Of a stretch of 64,000 nucleotides of DNA, positions 9,068 to 17,673 are shown one piece after another; positions within the stretch are counted from its first letter, which is position 1; the number at the start of each line of letters is the position of its first letter. This DNA is from Gemmatimonadales bacterium (GTDB lineage: Bacteria; Gemmatimonadota; Gemmatimonadetes; Gemmatimonadales; GWC2-71-9), in NCBI GenBank assembly GCA_036505175.1, contig DASXTV010000011.1, positions 64,046-128,045 on the forward strand, given 5' to 3'. The position numbers were made by a program, and so were the translations under genes. The notes under the pieces were generated by a model, which worked only from the letters and a program-made list of their open reading frames with translations, ran no database searches and had not been told where the DNA came from.

Positions 9068-9844
9068 ATGTACGATGACCTGGCGCGAACTCAGAATCCC
9101 CCTCCGCTCGAGTGGTTCGTCGTGCACGCGATAATCCCGTCGCTGGTCCTTACCCTGATCATGCACATGCCCGGCGGCACCGACTGCGAACTCTCTCTGC
9201 AACCCGTGCCCGAAGGAGTGTCCCCACGTATGCGAGCCTTCAGCTCCGTTGCTTCGATTACCGCGCATGTGGCGCTTGGCGCTGCGGTGTTTCTTGGCAG
9301 CACGAAGACGGGTCAGTCCGACCTCGTTCGCCCGGTTGAGCGCATGATGTTCTTTCAGCCGGCTCCGCCGGTGGATGAGGCCGGCGGGCTCTCGCTCCCA
9401 GGCCCCGTCACCGTGGTGCCACCGGAGGACCTCCGTTTCATCCGGGCGCCATCGACGCTGCCCCAAACCGGGGCGCCGCAGTCCTTCTCGCCTATCTATT
9501 CCGGCACCGTGAGCACGCCTGGCACCAGTCAACTAGGCGGCTTGGGCGGTCTGCTCACTGAGGAGCACGCTGAAGTCCTGACTGGCCCGCTCCCCGTGTA
9601 CCCAGACCTGCTGCGCCAGGCCGGAGTGCGGGGAAGGGTCGTGCTCGAGGCAGTTGTAGACACCACGGGCCGTGTGCTCGCGCAATCGATCTCGATCGTC
9701 TCGGCGACTAATCCCGGCTTCGTCGCACCAGCGCGACTGGCGCTTCTGGCGACCCTGTTTCGCCCAGCCATGATCGGTGGAAAGCCAGTCAGGATGCGGG
9801 TGAGAATCCCCTATGAGTTCGCCATTCGGAACGGGCACGGCTGA
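9068..9844 (+). CDS. TonB-family protein (C-terminal TonB domain)
   Basis: C-terminus PVYPDLLRQAGVRGRVVLEAVVDTTGRV...FRPAMIGGKPVRMRVRIPYEF matches the TonB_C fold signature. N-terminal TM segment. Confidence 0.75.
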   Translation: MYDDLARTQNPPPLEWFVVHAIIPSLVLTLIMHMPGGTDCELSLQPVPEGVSPRMRAFSSVASITAHVALGAAVFLGSTKTGQSDLVRPVERMMFFQPAPPVDEAGGLSLPGPVTVVPPEDLRFIRAPSTLPQTGAPQSFSPIYSGTVSTPGTSQLGGLGGLLTEEHAEVLTGPLPVYPDLLRQAGVRGRVVLEAVVDTTGRVLAQSISIVSATNPGFVAPARLALLATLFRPAMIGGKPVRMRVRIPYEFAIRNGHG

Positions 9845-9950
9845 AGGCTCATCCGGCTGTCATCGTTTTGTAATCTTCGGCCTACTAGCGGGTTTGTTGT
9901 CACGGGTACTATTACTTAGCAACCAGTCCACCAGCCCGGAGGATACGGCG

Positions 9951-10628
9951 GTGTTTGACCATCTGATTGAGTCCAGTCGCAAGACAAACAAGAAGGGTGC
10001 ATTGGGCCTCGGCGTTGTATCGCTCGTCGGTCACAGCGCGGTGGTGCTCGCCGCAGTCGTCGCGACGCTGACCGCGGGCGAGAAGAAAGACGACACGGCG
10101 ATCGACACGGCGATGGTGTTCTTGAACCAGGAAGAACAGAAGAAGCCGGAAGAGCAGCCACCGGTCGTGGACGTGCCGCAGCTGAAGGGCTTCCAGACCG
10201 TCGTCGCGCCGACCGACATCCCGACGAACATTCCGCCGATCAATTTGCAGCAACACTTCGATCCCAAAGACTACACAGGTACCGGCGTCGAGGGCGGGAT
10301 CGGCACCGGGATCGTGCCGTCGTCTGATCAGGTGTTCATGGAGTCGGTCGTGGAAGAGCGGCCCGAAGTGCTGTCCGGGCCCGCGCTGAATTATCCGGAC
10401 CTGCTGCGCCAGGCGGGCGTGCAGGGACGGGTGCTGGTGCAGGCGATCATCGATACGTCTGGCCGCGCCGAGCCGCCGTCGGTGAAGGTGATTCAGAGTC
10501 CCAATCCCGGCTTCGACCAACCGGCCAAGAATTACGTGTTGCGGGCGCTGTTCCGCCCCGCGCGCGTCCATGGGCGAGCGGTTCGTGTGCTGGTGAACCT
10601 GCCGATCGACTTCAAGATCAAGAGATAG
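9951..10628 (+). CDS. TonB-family protein (second paralog)
   Basis: GTG 9951 preceded by GGAGGA. TM GVVSLVGHSAVVLAAVV, lysine/proline linker, C-terminus LNYPDLLRQAGVQGRVLVQAIIDTSGR...FRPARVHGRAVRVLVNLPIDF. Confidence 0.75.
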   Translation: MFDHLIESSRKTNKKGALGLGVVSLVGHSAVVLAAVVATLTAGEKKDDTAIDTAMVFLNQEEQKKPEEQPPVVDVPQLKGFQTVVAPTDIPTNIPPINLQQHFDPKDYTGTGVEGGIGTGIVPSSDQVFMESVVEERPEVLSGPALNYPDLLRQAGVQGRVLVQAIIDTSGRAEPPSVKVIQSPNPGFDQPAKNYVLRALFRPARVHGRAVRVLVNLPIDFKIKR

Positions 10629-10637
10629 GGAGACCCA

Positions 10638-11381
10638 ATGAGTTACGCTGACCTATGGGCATCGATGGGGCCGTTCGCCAAGGGCATTGTGATCGTCATG
10701 TTCGTCATGTCGGCCTGGTCGTGGGCGGTGAGCATTTCGAAGCAGATCTACCTCAGGAAGTCGCAGAAGGAGACGCGTAAATTCGCGCCGGAATTCTCGC
10801 GGTACCTACAGGAAGAACAGCTCGACGGCGCAATTGCGCTGGCCGAGAAGAACAAGAAGAGTCACGTGGCGCGCGTGCTGGGCGAGGCACTCGCCGAAGT
10901 GAAGCCGCTGCTGCGCGACCGGGCGACCATCACGGCTGCCGACATCAACTCCGCCGAGCGCGCGGTCGAGCGGCAGATGCTCATCATCACCGCCGAGCTG
11001 AAACGCGGCCTCGGCATTCTCGCGACGACCGGTGCGACCGCGCCGTTCGTCGGGCTGCTCGGGACGACGATGGGTATCGTGACGGCGTTCCAGGGCATGT
11101 CGGCGTCGGGCGGCTCCGGCTCGCTGGCCGCGATCACGGGCGGCGTGGCGGAAGCGCTCATCACCACGGCGTTCGGTCTGCTCGTCGCGATTCCGGCGGT
11201 GTGGCTCTATAACTACTTCGCCACGAAGATCGACTTCCTCACGGTGGAGATGACCTACACGTCGAAGGAGCTGATCGACTATCTCATCAAGAGCGTCGGC
11301 AGCGAGTTCGGCCGGTCGATCTTTACCAAGGAATTCCAGACCCAGAAGGCATCGCAGACCAGCGGCCCGATCAAGGGATAA
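10638..11381 (+). CDS. exbB: MotA/TolQ/ExbB proton-channel protein
   Basis: Three TM helices and the conserved LATTGATAPFVGLLGTTMGI...ALITTAFGLLVAIPA motif. Confidence 0.9.
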   Translation: MSYADLWASMGPFAKGIVIVMFVMSAWSWAVSISKQIYLRKSQKETRKFAPEFSRYLQEEQLDGAIALAEKNKKSHVARVLGEALAEVKPLLRDRATITAADINSAERAVERQMLIITAELKRGLGILATTGATAPFVGLLGTTMGIVTAFQGMSASGGSGSLAAITGGVAEALITTAFGLLVAIPAVWLYNYFATKIDFLTVEMTYTSKELIDYLIKSVGSEFGRSIFTKEFQTQKASQTSGPIKG

Positions 11382-11387
11382 CGCACC

Positions 11388-11858
11388 ATGGCGATGGGTG
11401 GCGCGAAGAAAACGGAAGGGGCGGTCGCGGCCAACATCAACGTCACGCCGATGATCGACGTGATGTTGGTGCTGTTGATCATCTTCATGATCGTGACGCC
11501 GGCGATCACCGCCGGCTTCCAGGCGACGATTCCGCGCGCCAAGAATCCCGACGCGCGCGAAGAAGGCGAAGGCGAGGTCCGCCTGGGCATCGACCGGGAC
11601 GGGAAGTTCTATCTCGACATCACCGGCTCCAGCGGCAAGTACACCGGTCCCCGCTACATCAGCGACGAGGATTTGCAGAGCCAGCTGACGAACCTCTACG
11701 CCAACCGCACCACCGACAAGATCCTGTATCTCCGGGCGGACGAGGGCATCGAATACTCCCGCGTGCAGCAGGCGCTGGAGATCGCTCGCAAAGCCGGCGT
11801 CCGCGTGGTCGGCGCCATCGCCGAGCAGGAACGCTCGGCGCATCCGGAAAGGCATTAG
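11388..11858 (+). CDS. exbD: ExbD/TolR biopolymer transport protein
   Basis: INVTPMIDVMLVLLIIFM N-terminal signature; 156 aa. Confidence 0.9.
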   Translation: MAMGGAKKTEGAVAANINVTPMIDVMLVLLIIFMIVTPAITAGFQATIPRAKNPDAREEGEGEVRLGIDRDGKFYLDITGSSGKYTGPRYISDEDLQSQLTNLYANRTTDKILYLRADEGIEYSRVQQALEIARKAGVRVVGAIAEQERSAHPERH

Positions 11859-11861
11859 CCG

Positions 11862-12296
11862 ATGGCCATGGGAAGTGGCGGCTCCGGCGGCGGGCTCAGC
11901 TCCGACATCAACGTCACACCGATGATCGACGTGCTACTCGTGCTCCTCATCATTTTCATGATCACGCTGCCGCTGTCGCGGCGGGAATTCGACGTCCAGG
12001 TGCCGCCGGAACAGAAGCAGCAACCCAAGCAGAAGCAACAGTCGAACGACCAGATCGTGCTCGAGCTGAAGGCCGATGGCTCGTACGCGGTCAACACGCA
12101 ACCGGTCCAGTTCGAGCAGCTCGACGCCAAGTTCCACGAGCTGTACGATCAGCGTCCGGCCAAGCTGCTGTTCATCAAGGCCGCGCCCAACCGCAAGTAC
12201 GGCGACATCGTGCGCGCGATGGACGTAGCGCGGGGAGCGGGCGTTCAGGTGATTGGATTTACGCCGGCGGAGCAGGGGGCCGCAGCAGCGCATTGA
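11862..12296 (+). CDS. exbD: ExbD/TolR biopolymer transport protein (second copy)
   Basis: INVTPMIDVLLVLLIIFM signature; 144 aa; starts 3 nt after the previous gene. Confidence 0.9.
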   Translation: MAMGSGGSGGGLSSDINVTPMIDVLLVLLIIFMITLPLSRREFDVQVPPEQKQQPKQKQQSNDQIVLELKADGSYAVNTQPVQFEQLDAKFHELYDQRPAKLLFIKAAPNRKYGDIVRAMDVARGAGVQVIGFTPAEQGAAAAH

Positions 12297-12354
12297 CGAC
12301 AGGCTAAAGCCTGCGCTCGGCCTGCGCTGTCCGTAAGGACAGGGATTGCCGAGC

Positions 12355-12376
12355 ACACCCTTCAGGGTGTGAACAC
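12355..12376 (+). repeat. 22-nt palindrome-containing element ACACCCTTCAGGGTGTGAACAC (copy 1)
   Basis: Exact 22/22 identity with 17613-17634. Contains the inverted repeat CACCC-TTCA-GGGTG. Confidence 0.85.
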
Positions 12377-12403
12377 CGGGGCGCGAAACCGTGCCCCGTT
12401 TTT
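12377..12403 (+). terminator. rho-independent terminator after the exbD genes
   Basis: CGGGGCGCG-AAAC-CGTGCCCCG stem (one G-T wobble) followed by TTTTT. Confidence 0.7.
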
Positions 12404-12425
12404 CGTTCTAGTGTATTAATAGACC

Positions 12426-13169
12426 GTGCCTTCCACCTCACGCCCCGTATTTGACAGCTACTCGCTGCCGCTCCCCGAGCGGCGCGAAGGACCCGCGGCC
12501 GCGCTCTCCTTTGCCGCGCATGTCGCCATCGCCCTGCTCGTGCTGTGGCGGGGCGCGGAGCTGTTCCAAGGCAGTGGTGGCGGCGGCACCGGCCCGCGCG
12601 GCGGTGGTGGCGGCGGTGGCCGTCCGGCGGTCAGCTGGCTCGCGCTCCCCACTCCATCCGTACCGCAGGCAGACGATGTCCCGCCGGCGCCCGCCGTAAC
12701 CGTTCCGACCGTTGCCGCACCGGTCACCGAACCGGTCAAGCTCGACGTGCCTCTCCCCGTTGTTGCGATCGCGCCGCCGGCCGCCGTCGGACCAGGTGAA
12801 GGAACGGCGGGCGGTCCCGGAAAAGGCCCGGGCAGCGGCGGCGGCACAGGCACGGGGACCGGCACCGGCTCCGGCTCCGACGCCGGCCCTGGCTCGGGTG
12901 GCGATGCGAGTGATATCTTCGCCGCCACGCCACGGTGGGCCATCATTCCGCCGCCCGGCGCGCCGCGCGAAGCCCGCGGCCGCCACGAAGTCCGGTTTTG
13001 GGTCACGGTGGAGGGGCGGGTCACCCGGATCGACGTGACCCCTCCGATCAAGGATGCGGGCTATCGGCGCGAATTCACAGAACGAATGATGGGCTACTTG
13101 TTCAATCCCGCCACGACCCGTGACGGACGACACGTCGAGTACGTCGCGAGCCTGATCGTCTATCCGTAG
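12426..13169 (+). CDS. TonB-like protein, Gly/Pro-rich (third paralog)
   Basis: N-terminal TM (LSFAAHVAIALLVLW), G-rich and P-rich linker, short C-terminal beta domain (RHEVRFWVTVEGRVTRIDVTPP...). GTG start. Confidence 0.6.
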   Translation: MPSTSRPVFDSYSLPLPERREGPAAALSFAAHVAIALLVLWRGAELFQGSGGGGTGPRGGGGGGGRPAVSWLALPTPSVPQADDVPPAPAVTVPTVAAPVTEPVKLDVPLPVVAIAPPAAVGPGEGTAGGPGKGPGSGGGTGTGTGTGSGSDAGPGSGGDASDIFAATPRWAIIPPPGAPREARGRHEVRFWVTVEGRVTRIDVTPPIKDAGYRREFTERMMGYLFNPATTRDGRHVEYVASLIVYP

Positions 13170-13200
13170 CATCACGTCGTAAGCGAAAGCAGGGGAATGC

Positions 13201-14703
13201 GTGCGGCAGCTCTTTCAGCGCAAGCCGATCGCCGAGCTCCTGGTCAGCGACCTGGACACGCCGCAGTCGCTCCGGCGCGTACTCGGGGCCGGCGATCTCA
13301 TCATGCTCGCGATCGGCGCGGTCATCGGCGCCGGGATCTTCGGCGCGATCGGCACGGCGGCCGCCGGCCAGTACGACGCCGCAGGCAACATGGTGCGTGC
13401 GGGCGCCGGGCCTGCGCTCGTGTTCTCCTTCCTGTTGTTGGGTGTCTGCTGCGCGCTCGCCGGTCTCTGCTACGCCGAGCTCGCGGCGATGATTCCGCAG
13501 GCAGGCAGCGCGTACGCCTATTCCTACGCGACGCTCGGCGAGGTCGTCGCCTGGATCATCGGATGGGATCTGATTCTGGAGTACGCGGTCGGCAACGTGG
13601 CGGTGGCGATCTCATGGGGCGACTACTTCAAATCATTGCTCAACGGATTCGGCGTCCAGCTGCCCGACTGGATCACGACCGGCTATCGCACCGCGCTGCT
13701 CAGTCCCGATCCCAAGATCCACGGACTGCTCGAGAGCGCACCTCATCTCGCGGGGATTCCGATTCTCGTGAATCTGCCCGCATTCTTGATCGTCGGCCTC
13801 ATCACGTGGCTGCTGCTGCTCGGCGTGCGTGAGAGTGCGCGGACCAACAACGTTCTCGTCGTCATCAAGTTGCTCGTGCTGGGGCTCTTCATCGTGGCCG
13901 GGTTGACGCACATCAATGCCGCGAACTACACGCCGTTTGCTCCCAACGGTTTCCGTGGCATCCACCAGGGAGCCGCAATCGTGTTCTTCGCCTATATCGG
14001 GTTCGATGCCATCTCGACGGCGGCGGAGGAAACGAAGAACCCCCAGCGCAATCTGCCGATCGGCATTCTCGGCGGGCTGGCCATCTGCACGCTCATCTAT
14101 GTCATCGTGGGGGCTGTCCTAACGGGCATGGTGAAGTACACGGACTTGGGCGTCGCCGACCCCCTGGCGAAAGCGCTCGAGGTCGCGGGCTATCGCACGG
14201 TCGGCTGGATCGTGGCGCTGGGCGCGATCATCTCGATGTCGGCCGTGCTCCTGGTTTTTCAGTACGGGCAACCGCGCATTTTCTTCTCGATGGCACGCGA
14301 CGGTCTGTTGCCGCCCTGGGCGGCTAAGATTTCCCACGGCCGCCGCGTGCCGTATATCACCACCATCGTGACTGGAGTTTTTGTCGCGTTGTGGGCGTTG
14401 ATCGGCGACGCGAACGAGACCTACAACCTCACGAATATCGGCACCCTGTTCGCATTTGCCCTCGTCTCGATCGGCGTCCTGGTACTGCGCCACACCGATC
14501 CGGCGAGGCCGCGGCCGTTCCGAGTTCCGTGGGTCTACGTGACTGCTCCGCTCTCGGCGGTACTCTGCTTGATCGTGATGAAAGGTCTCCCCTTGGAGAC
14601 CTGGATACGCTTCGGAGTCTGGCTCGCGCTCGGGTTGGCGCTGTATTTCGGGTACGGCTATCGGCACAGCAGAATCAGGAAGTCGTCAGCTCCGTCCCAG
14701 TAA
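13201..14703 (+). CDS. APC-superfamily amino acid permease
   Basis: 500 aa, about 12 TM. N-terminal LGAGDLIMLAIGAVIGAGIF and FAYIGFDAISTAAEETKNPQRNLP motifs typical of the cationic amino acid transporter group. Confidence 0.9.
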   Translation: MRQLFQRKPIAELLVSDLDTPQSLRRVLGAGDLIMLAIGAVIGAGIFGAIGTAAAGQYDAAGNMVRAGAGPALVFSFLLLGVCCALAGLCYAELAAMIPQAGSAYAYSYATLGEVVAWIIGWDLILEYAVGNVAVAISWGDYFKSLLNGFGVQLPDWITTGYRTALLSPDPKIHGLLESAPHLAGIPILVNLPAFLIVGLITWLLLLGVRESARTNNVLVVIKLLVLGLFIVAGLTHINAANYTPFAPNGFRGIHQGAAIVFFAYIGFDAISTAAEETKNPQRNLPIGILGGLAICTLIYVIVGAVLTGMVKYTDLGVADPLAKALEVAGYRTVGWIVALGAIISMSAVLLVFQYGQPRIFFSMARDGLLPPWAAKISHGRRVPYITTIVTGVFVALWALIGDANETYNLTNIGTLFAFALVSIGVLVLRHTDPARPRPFRVPWVYVTAPLSAVLCLIVMKGLPLETWIRFGVWLALGLALYFGYGYRHSRIRKSSAPSQ

Positions 14704-15639
14704 CTGCGCCGCCAGGAGCAGCGCTCCGGCCGGCGCGTCGACCTGACCGCCGCCTTCCGAGATCCGCGCGCGCGGCAAATCTGTCGCGAGATTCGCGCGC
14801 AACGCGATCAGCAACGGGGAACCCGGCCGCAGCAGCCCGCCGGCCGTCGCCATCCTGATGGCGTTGTTGTCCGGGAAGTGGCGCAACAGCACGCGCACCA
14901 GCTGGGACAGTTCCGCCGCCGCCTCTTCGACGATTTGCTGGGCAACCGTCTCGCCTTCGCGCGCGGCGTTGAGGACGTGCGGCGCAAGCGCCGCGACTTG
15001 CGCCGGTGTCGCCGTGGCGGTCCACCGGATCAAATCATCGAACGTCTCCAGCCCCAGCGCCACCAGTAATCGCTCCAACAAGGTGGAAGACTCCTCGAGC
15101 CCGTCGTGCGCGCGCGCCGCGGCGGCGAGCGCGCGCCGCCCCATCCAGTAGCCACCGCCGTCGTCGCCGAGCTGCCAGCCATGACCACCGGCGCGATACA
15201 GGTGCCCATCCGCGCCGCGGGCGTGGGCGATCGAGCCCGTGCCGGCATTGATCAGAATGCCGGGCCCATCCCCGAACGCCGCCGCGAGGGCAATCTCGGT
15301 ATCACCACGCACATCGACGCGTTCGGCGACCCCCGCGGCCGTAAGCGCGGCCGCGAGCGCTTCCTGCTCGAGTGCGCGACCCGCGCCGGCCGCCCCGACG
15401 AGTGCGACGGTCGCCGGCAGCGACACTTTGGCCTGCGTCGCCGCTCGACGTGCGACGTCGAGGATGACCGCCGCCGAGCGCTCCGCGCCGCCGGGTCGCA
15501 TTGCGGAGCCAGGACCCTCGGCGCGGCTGATAACTCGACACTCACGATCCCCAACGACCACGGCGGTGTGGGAGCCGCCGCAGTCGATGCCGAGCAGGAC
15601 GGGTGGATGGGCGGATGGGCGGATGGGCGGTTCGGTCAT
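14686..15639 (-). CDS. BadF/BadG/BcrA/BcrD-type ATPase (GlcNAc/MurNAc-kinase-like)
   Basis: ATG 15639 (MTEPPIRPS...) overlaps the upstream symporter stop (ATGA). LLGIDCGGSHT phosphate-1 motif, GGHGWQLGDDGGGYW motif. Confidence 0.8.
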   Translation of the reverse strand: MTEPPIRPSAHPPVLLGIDCGGSHTAVVVGDRECRVISRAEGPGSAMRPGGAERSAAVILDVARRAATQAKVSLPATVALVGAAGAGRALEQEALAAALTAAGVAERVDVRGDTEIALAAAFGDGPGILINAGTGSIAHARGADGHLYRAGGHGWQLGDDGGGYWMGRRALAAAARAHDGLEESSTLLERLLVALGLETFDDLIRWTATATPAQVAALAPHVLNAAREGETVAQQIVEEAAAELSQLVRVLLRHFPDNNAIRMATAGGLLRPGSPLLIALRANLATDLPRARISEGGGQVDAPAGALLLAAQLLGRS

Positions 15640-17105
15640 GTCGTTGCGCCCATCTGCCCAGCTGCCCATCGGCCCGACACCAGCGACGACAGCATCCCCA
15701 CCACCACCGTCACCGCCGTCCCCAGCGGCACATACCACGGCCACGCGAGCCCCGGGAGCCAATGCAGCGGGAAGTGGGGGATCACGGCGCCAAGGACCAC
15801 CGGGGCCATCACGACGATGCTCACGATGAGTGCGATGATGACGTCGACCTGCCGCGCGCGCGGCCAGGTGCCACCGAGGATGTAGGTCCCGAGCAGCGAT
15901 CCGTAGGTGAGCGAGGCGATGCTGAGCGCCAGCTGCACGACGGGCGTGTTCTGGTCGCGGAACGCGATCGCGCCGGCGACGAGGATGACGGTCCAGACGA
16001 GCGTGAGCCAGCGTCCGACCCGCAGCAGCTGTGCAGGGTCCTGGCGGCCCGTCAGCGGGGCATAGAAGTCATGCGTGGAGGCGGAGGCGAGCGAGTTCAC
16101 GGCCGACGCATGACTGCTCATCGCCGCGGCCAGAATGCCGCCGACCGCCAGTCCGGCGATTCCGGTGGGGAGATGCGTCACGATGAACGTTGGGTAAATC
16201 GCGTCGCCGCGCATCCCGGGTTGATCCGCTCCCGCGAGCCACAGGCTCGTTCCCACCAGCAGGAACAACGCGAACTGCGCGATAATGAAGACGCCGGAGC
16301 CGATGAGCGCGCGTTGCGCATCCTTGAGGTTTCGCGCGGCGAGCAAGCGTTGGACGATGAGGTGATCGGTGCCATGGGATGCGGCAGACAGCAGGGCCCC
16401 GCCGATCACTCCGCCCCAGAAGGTATAGGTCTTTGCAAACGAAAACGAAAAGTCGAACGCTGTGAGCTTTCCGGCATCCAACGCGCGGCCGAACGCATCG
16501 ATCCCTCCGGCCAGGTGCGTGGCGACGATCACGGTCGCGATGCCGCCCACGAGGTAGACCCCCAGCTGGATCACGTCCACCCACACCACCGCGCGCAGGC
16601 CGCCGACCCACGTGTACACGAGCGTCACGAATCCGATTGCCACGATTCCGACGGGAAGGCTCCAGTGGGTGATGATGGCGAGAGGAATCGCGGTCGCGAA
16701 GATGCGCACGCAGTCCGCGAGCGCTCGCGTGAACAGGAACACCCCAGATGCGGTGCGCCGCGCCACCGGACCGAAGCGATGCTCGAGTCGCTGATAGGCG
16801 GTGTCCTGGGTGCCCTGGAAGTAGCCGGGCAGGAGCAGCGCCGCGACGCCGATGCGGCCCACCAGATATCCGAACGCGATTTGCAGAAACGTGAGATCGC
16901 CGCGCGCCGCGAGTCCCGGCACCGAGATCACGGTCAGGGCGGACGTCTCGGTAGCGACGACCGAAAACATCAGGGCCCACCACGGGAGCCCGCGATGACC
17001 GAGGAAATAGTCCGAGGCATCGCGCTGGCGTCCAGCGAGCAGCAGCCCGAACACGATGACGGCGGCGAAATAGGCAAAGATGACCGCGACGTCGAGGGGA
17101 CGCAT
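15636..17105 (-). CDS. sodium:solute symporter family transporter
   Basis: 489 aa, about 13 TM, SSF-like N-terminus (DYFLGHRGLPWWALMFSVVATETSA). Confidence 0.9.
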   Translation of the reverse strand: MRPLDVAVIFAYFAAVIVFGLLLAGRQRDASDYFLGHRGLPWWALMFSVVATETSALTVISVPGLAARGDLTFLQIAFGYLVGRIGVAALLLPGYFQGTQDTAYQRLEHRFGPVARRTASGVFLFTRALADCVRIFATAIPLAIITHWSLPVGIVAIGFVTLVYTWVGGLRAVVWVDVIQLGVYLVGGIATVIVATHLAGGIDAFGRALDAGKLTAFDFSFSFAKTYTFWGGVIGGALLSAASHGTDHLIVQRLLAARNLKDAQRALIGSGVFIIAQFALFLLVGTSLWLAGADQPGMRGDAIYPTFIVTHLPTGIAGLAVGGILAAAMSSHASAVNSLASASTHDFYAPLTGRQDPAQLLRVGRWLTLVWTVILVAGAIAFRDQNTPVVQLALSIASLTYGSLLGTYILGGTWPRARQVDVIIALIVSIVVMAPVVLGAVIPHFPLHWLPGLAWPWYVPLGTAVTVVVGMLSSLVSGRWAAGQMGATT

Positions 17106-17130
17106 ACGAACGAGATGCCTAGACGCTTAG

Positions 17131-17162
17131 ATATAGAAAGGGCCCGCGATCTGCGCGGGCCC
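17131..17162 (-). terminator. rho-independent terminator downstream of the IscA/ErpA gene
   Basis: GGGCCCGCG-loop-CGCGGGCCC perfect 9-bp stem (17140-17162), followed on the minus strand by TTTCTATAT. Confidence 0.6.
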
Positions 17163-17190
17163 TGCCAGCCGAATCAGGAAAGATCAACGC

Positions 17191-17547
17191 TCAAACCGTG
17201 AACGACGACCCGCAGCCGCAGCCGCCGGACGCGTTCGGGTTTTCGAACGCGAATCCGGATTCCTGGAAGTTGCTCTTGTAATCGATCACGGTGCCGTTGA
17301 GATACTGCGAGCTGAATTCGTCGACAAACAGCCGCACGCCCGCGCTTTCGATCACGACGTCATCCGCCGCAGGCTGCTCTTCGATGTTCAGGCTGTAGCG
17401 AAAGCCCGAGCAGCCGCCCGGCAGCACGGCGACGCGCAGCCCGGCGGACTCCTGCGCGACCTTCTCCTCGGCCAGGAATTTCTTGACCTCTTCGCCCGCG
17501 CGCTCCGTGAGCGTCAGGGTAACCGATTTCTGTGTAGTGCCCATCAT
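17191..17547 (-). CDS. erpA: iron-sulfur cluster insertion protein, HesB/IscA/ErpA family
   Basis: C-terminal NPNASGGCGCGSSFTV plus GGCSGFRYSL motif. ATG 17547 or 17544 follows GGAGGA; the track start TTG 17556 is less likely. Confidence 0.85.
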   Translation of the reverse strand: MMGTTQKSVTLTLTERAGEEVKKFLAEEKVAQESAGLRVAVLPGGCSGFRYSLNIEEQPAADDVVIESAGVRLFVDEFSSQYLNGTVIDYKSNFQESGFAFENPNASGGCGCGSSFTV

Positions 17548-17612
17548 ATCCTCCAATCTGGCAGCAACTTAGAGGGACAGAAATCGTCTGTCAATTGGTC
17601 CAGTGTGATTCG

Positions 17613-17634
17613 ACACCCTTCAGGGTGTGAACAC
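17613..17634 (+). repeat. 22-nt palindrome-containing element ACACCCTTCAGGGTGTGAACAC (copy 2)
   Basis: Exact copy of 12355-12376. Lies in the divergent erpA / symporter intergenic region. Confidence 0.85.
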
Positions 17635-17673
17635 GCTTGCCTAACTACAAATCGCGCCCCCAATTGGAGGCCC

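Noticed and set aside
12458-13051. Pro/Gly-rich 197-aa antisense ORF and several other ORFs within the third TonB-like gene.
   Set aside because: Low-complexity G/P-coding DNA is open in many frames. Only the plus-strand 12426 frame has a TM anchor plus a TonB-like C-terminal domain.
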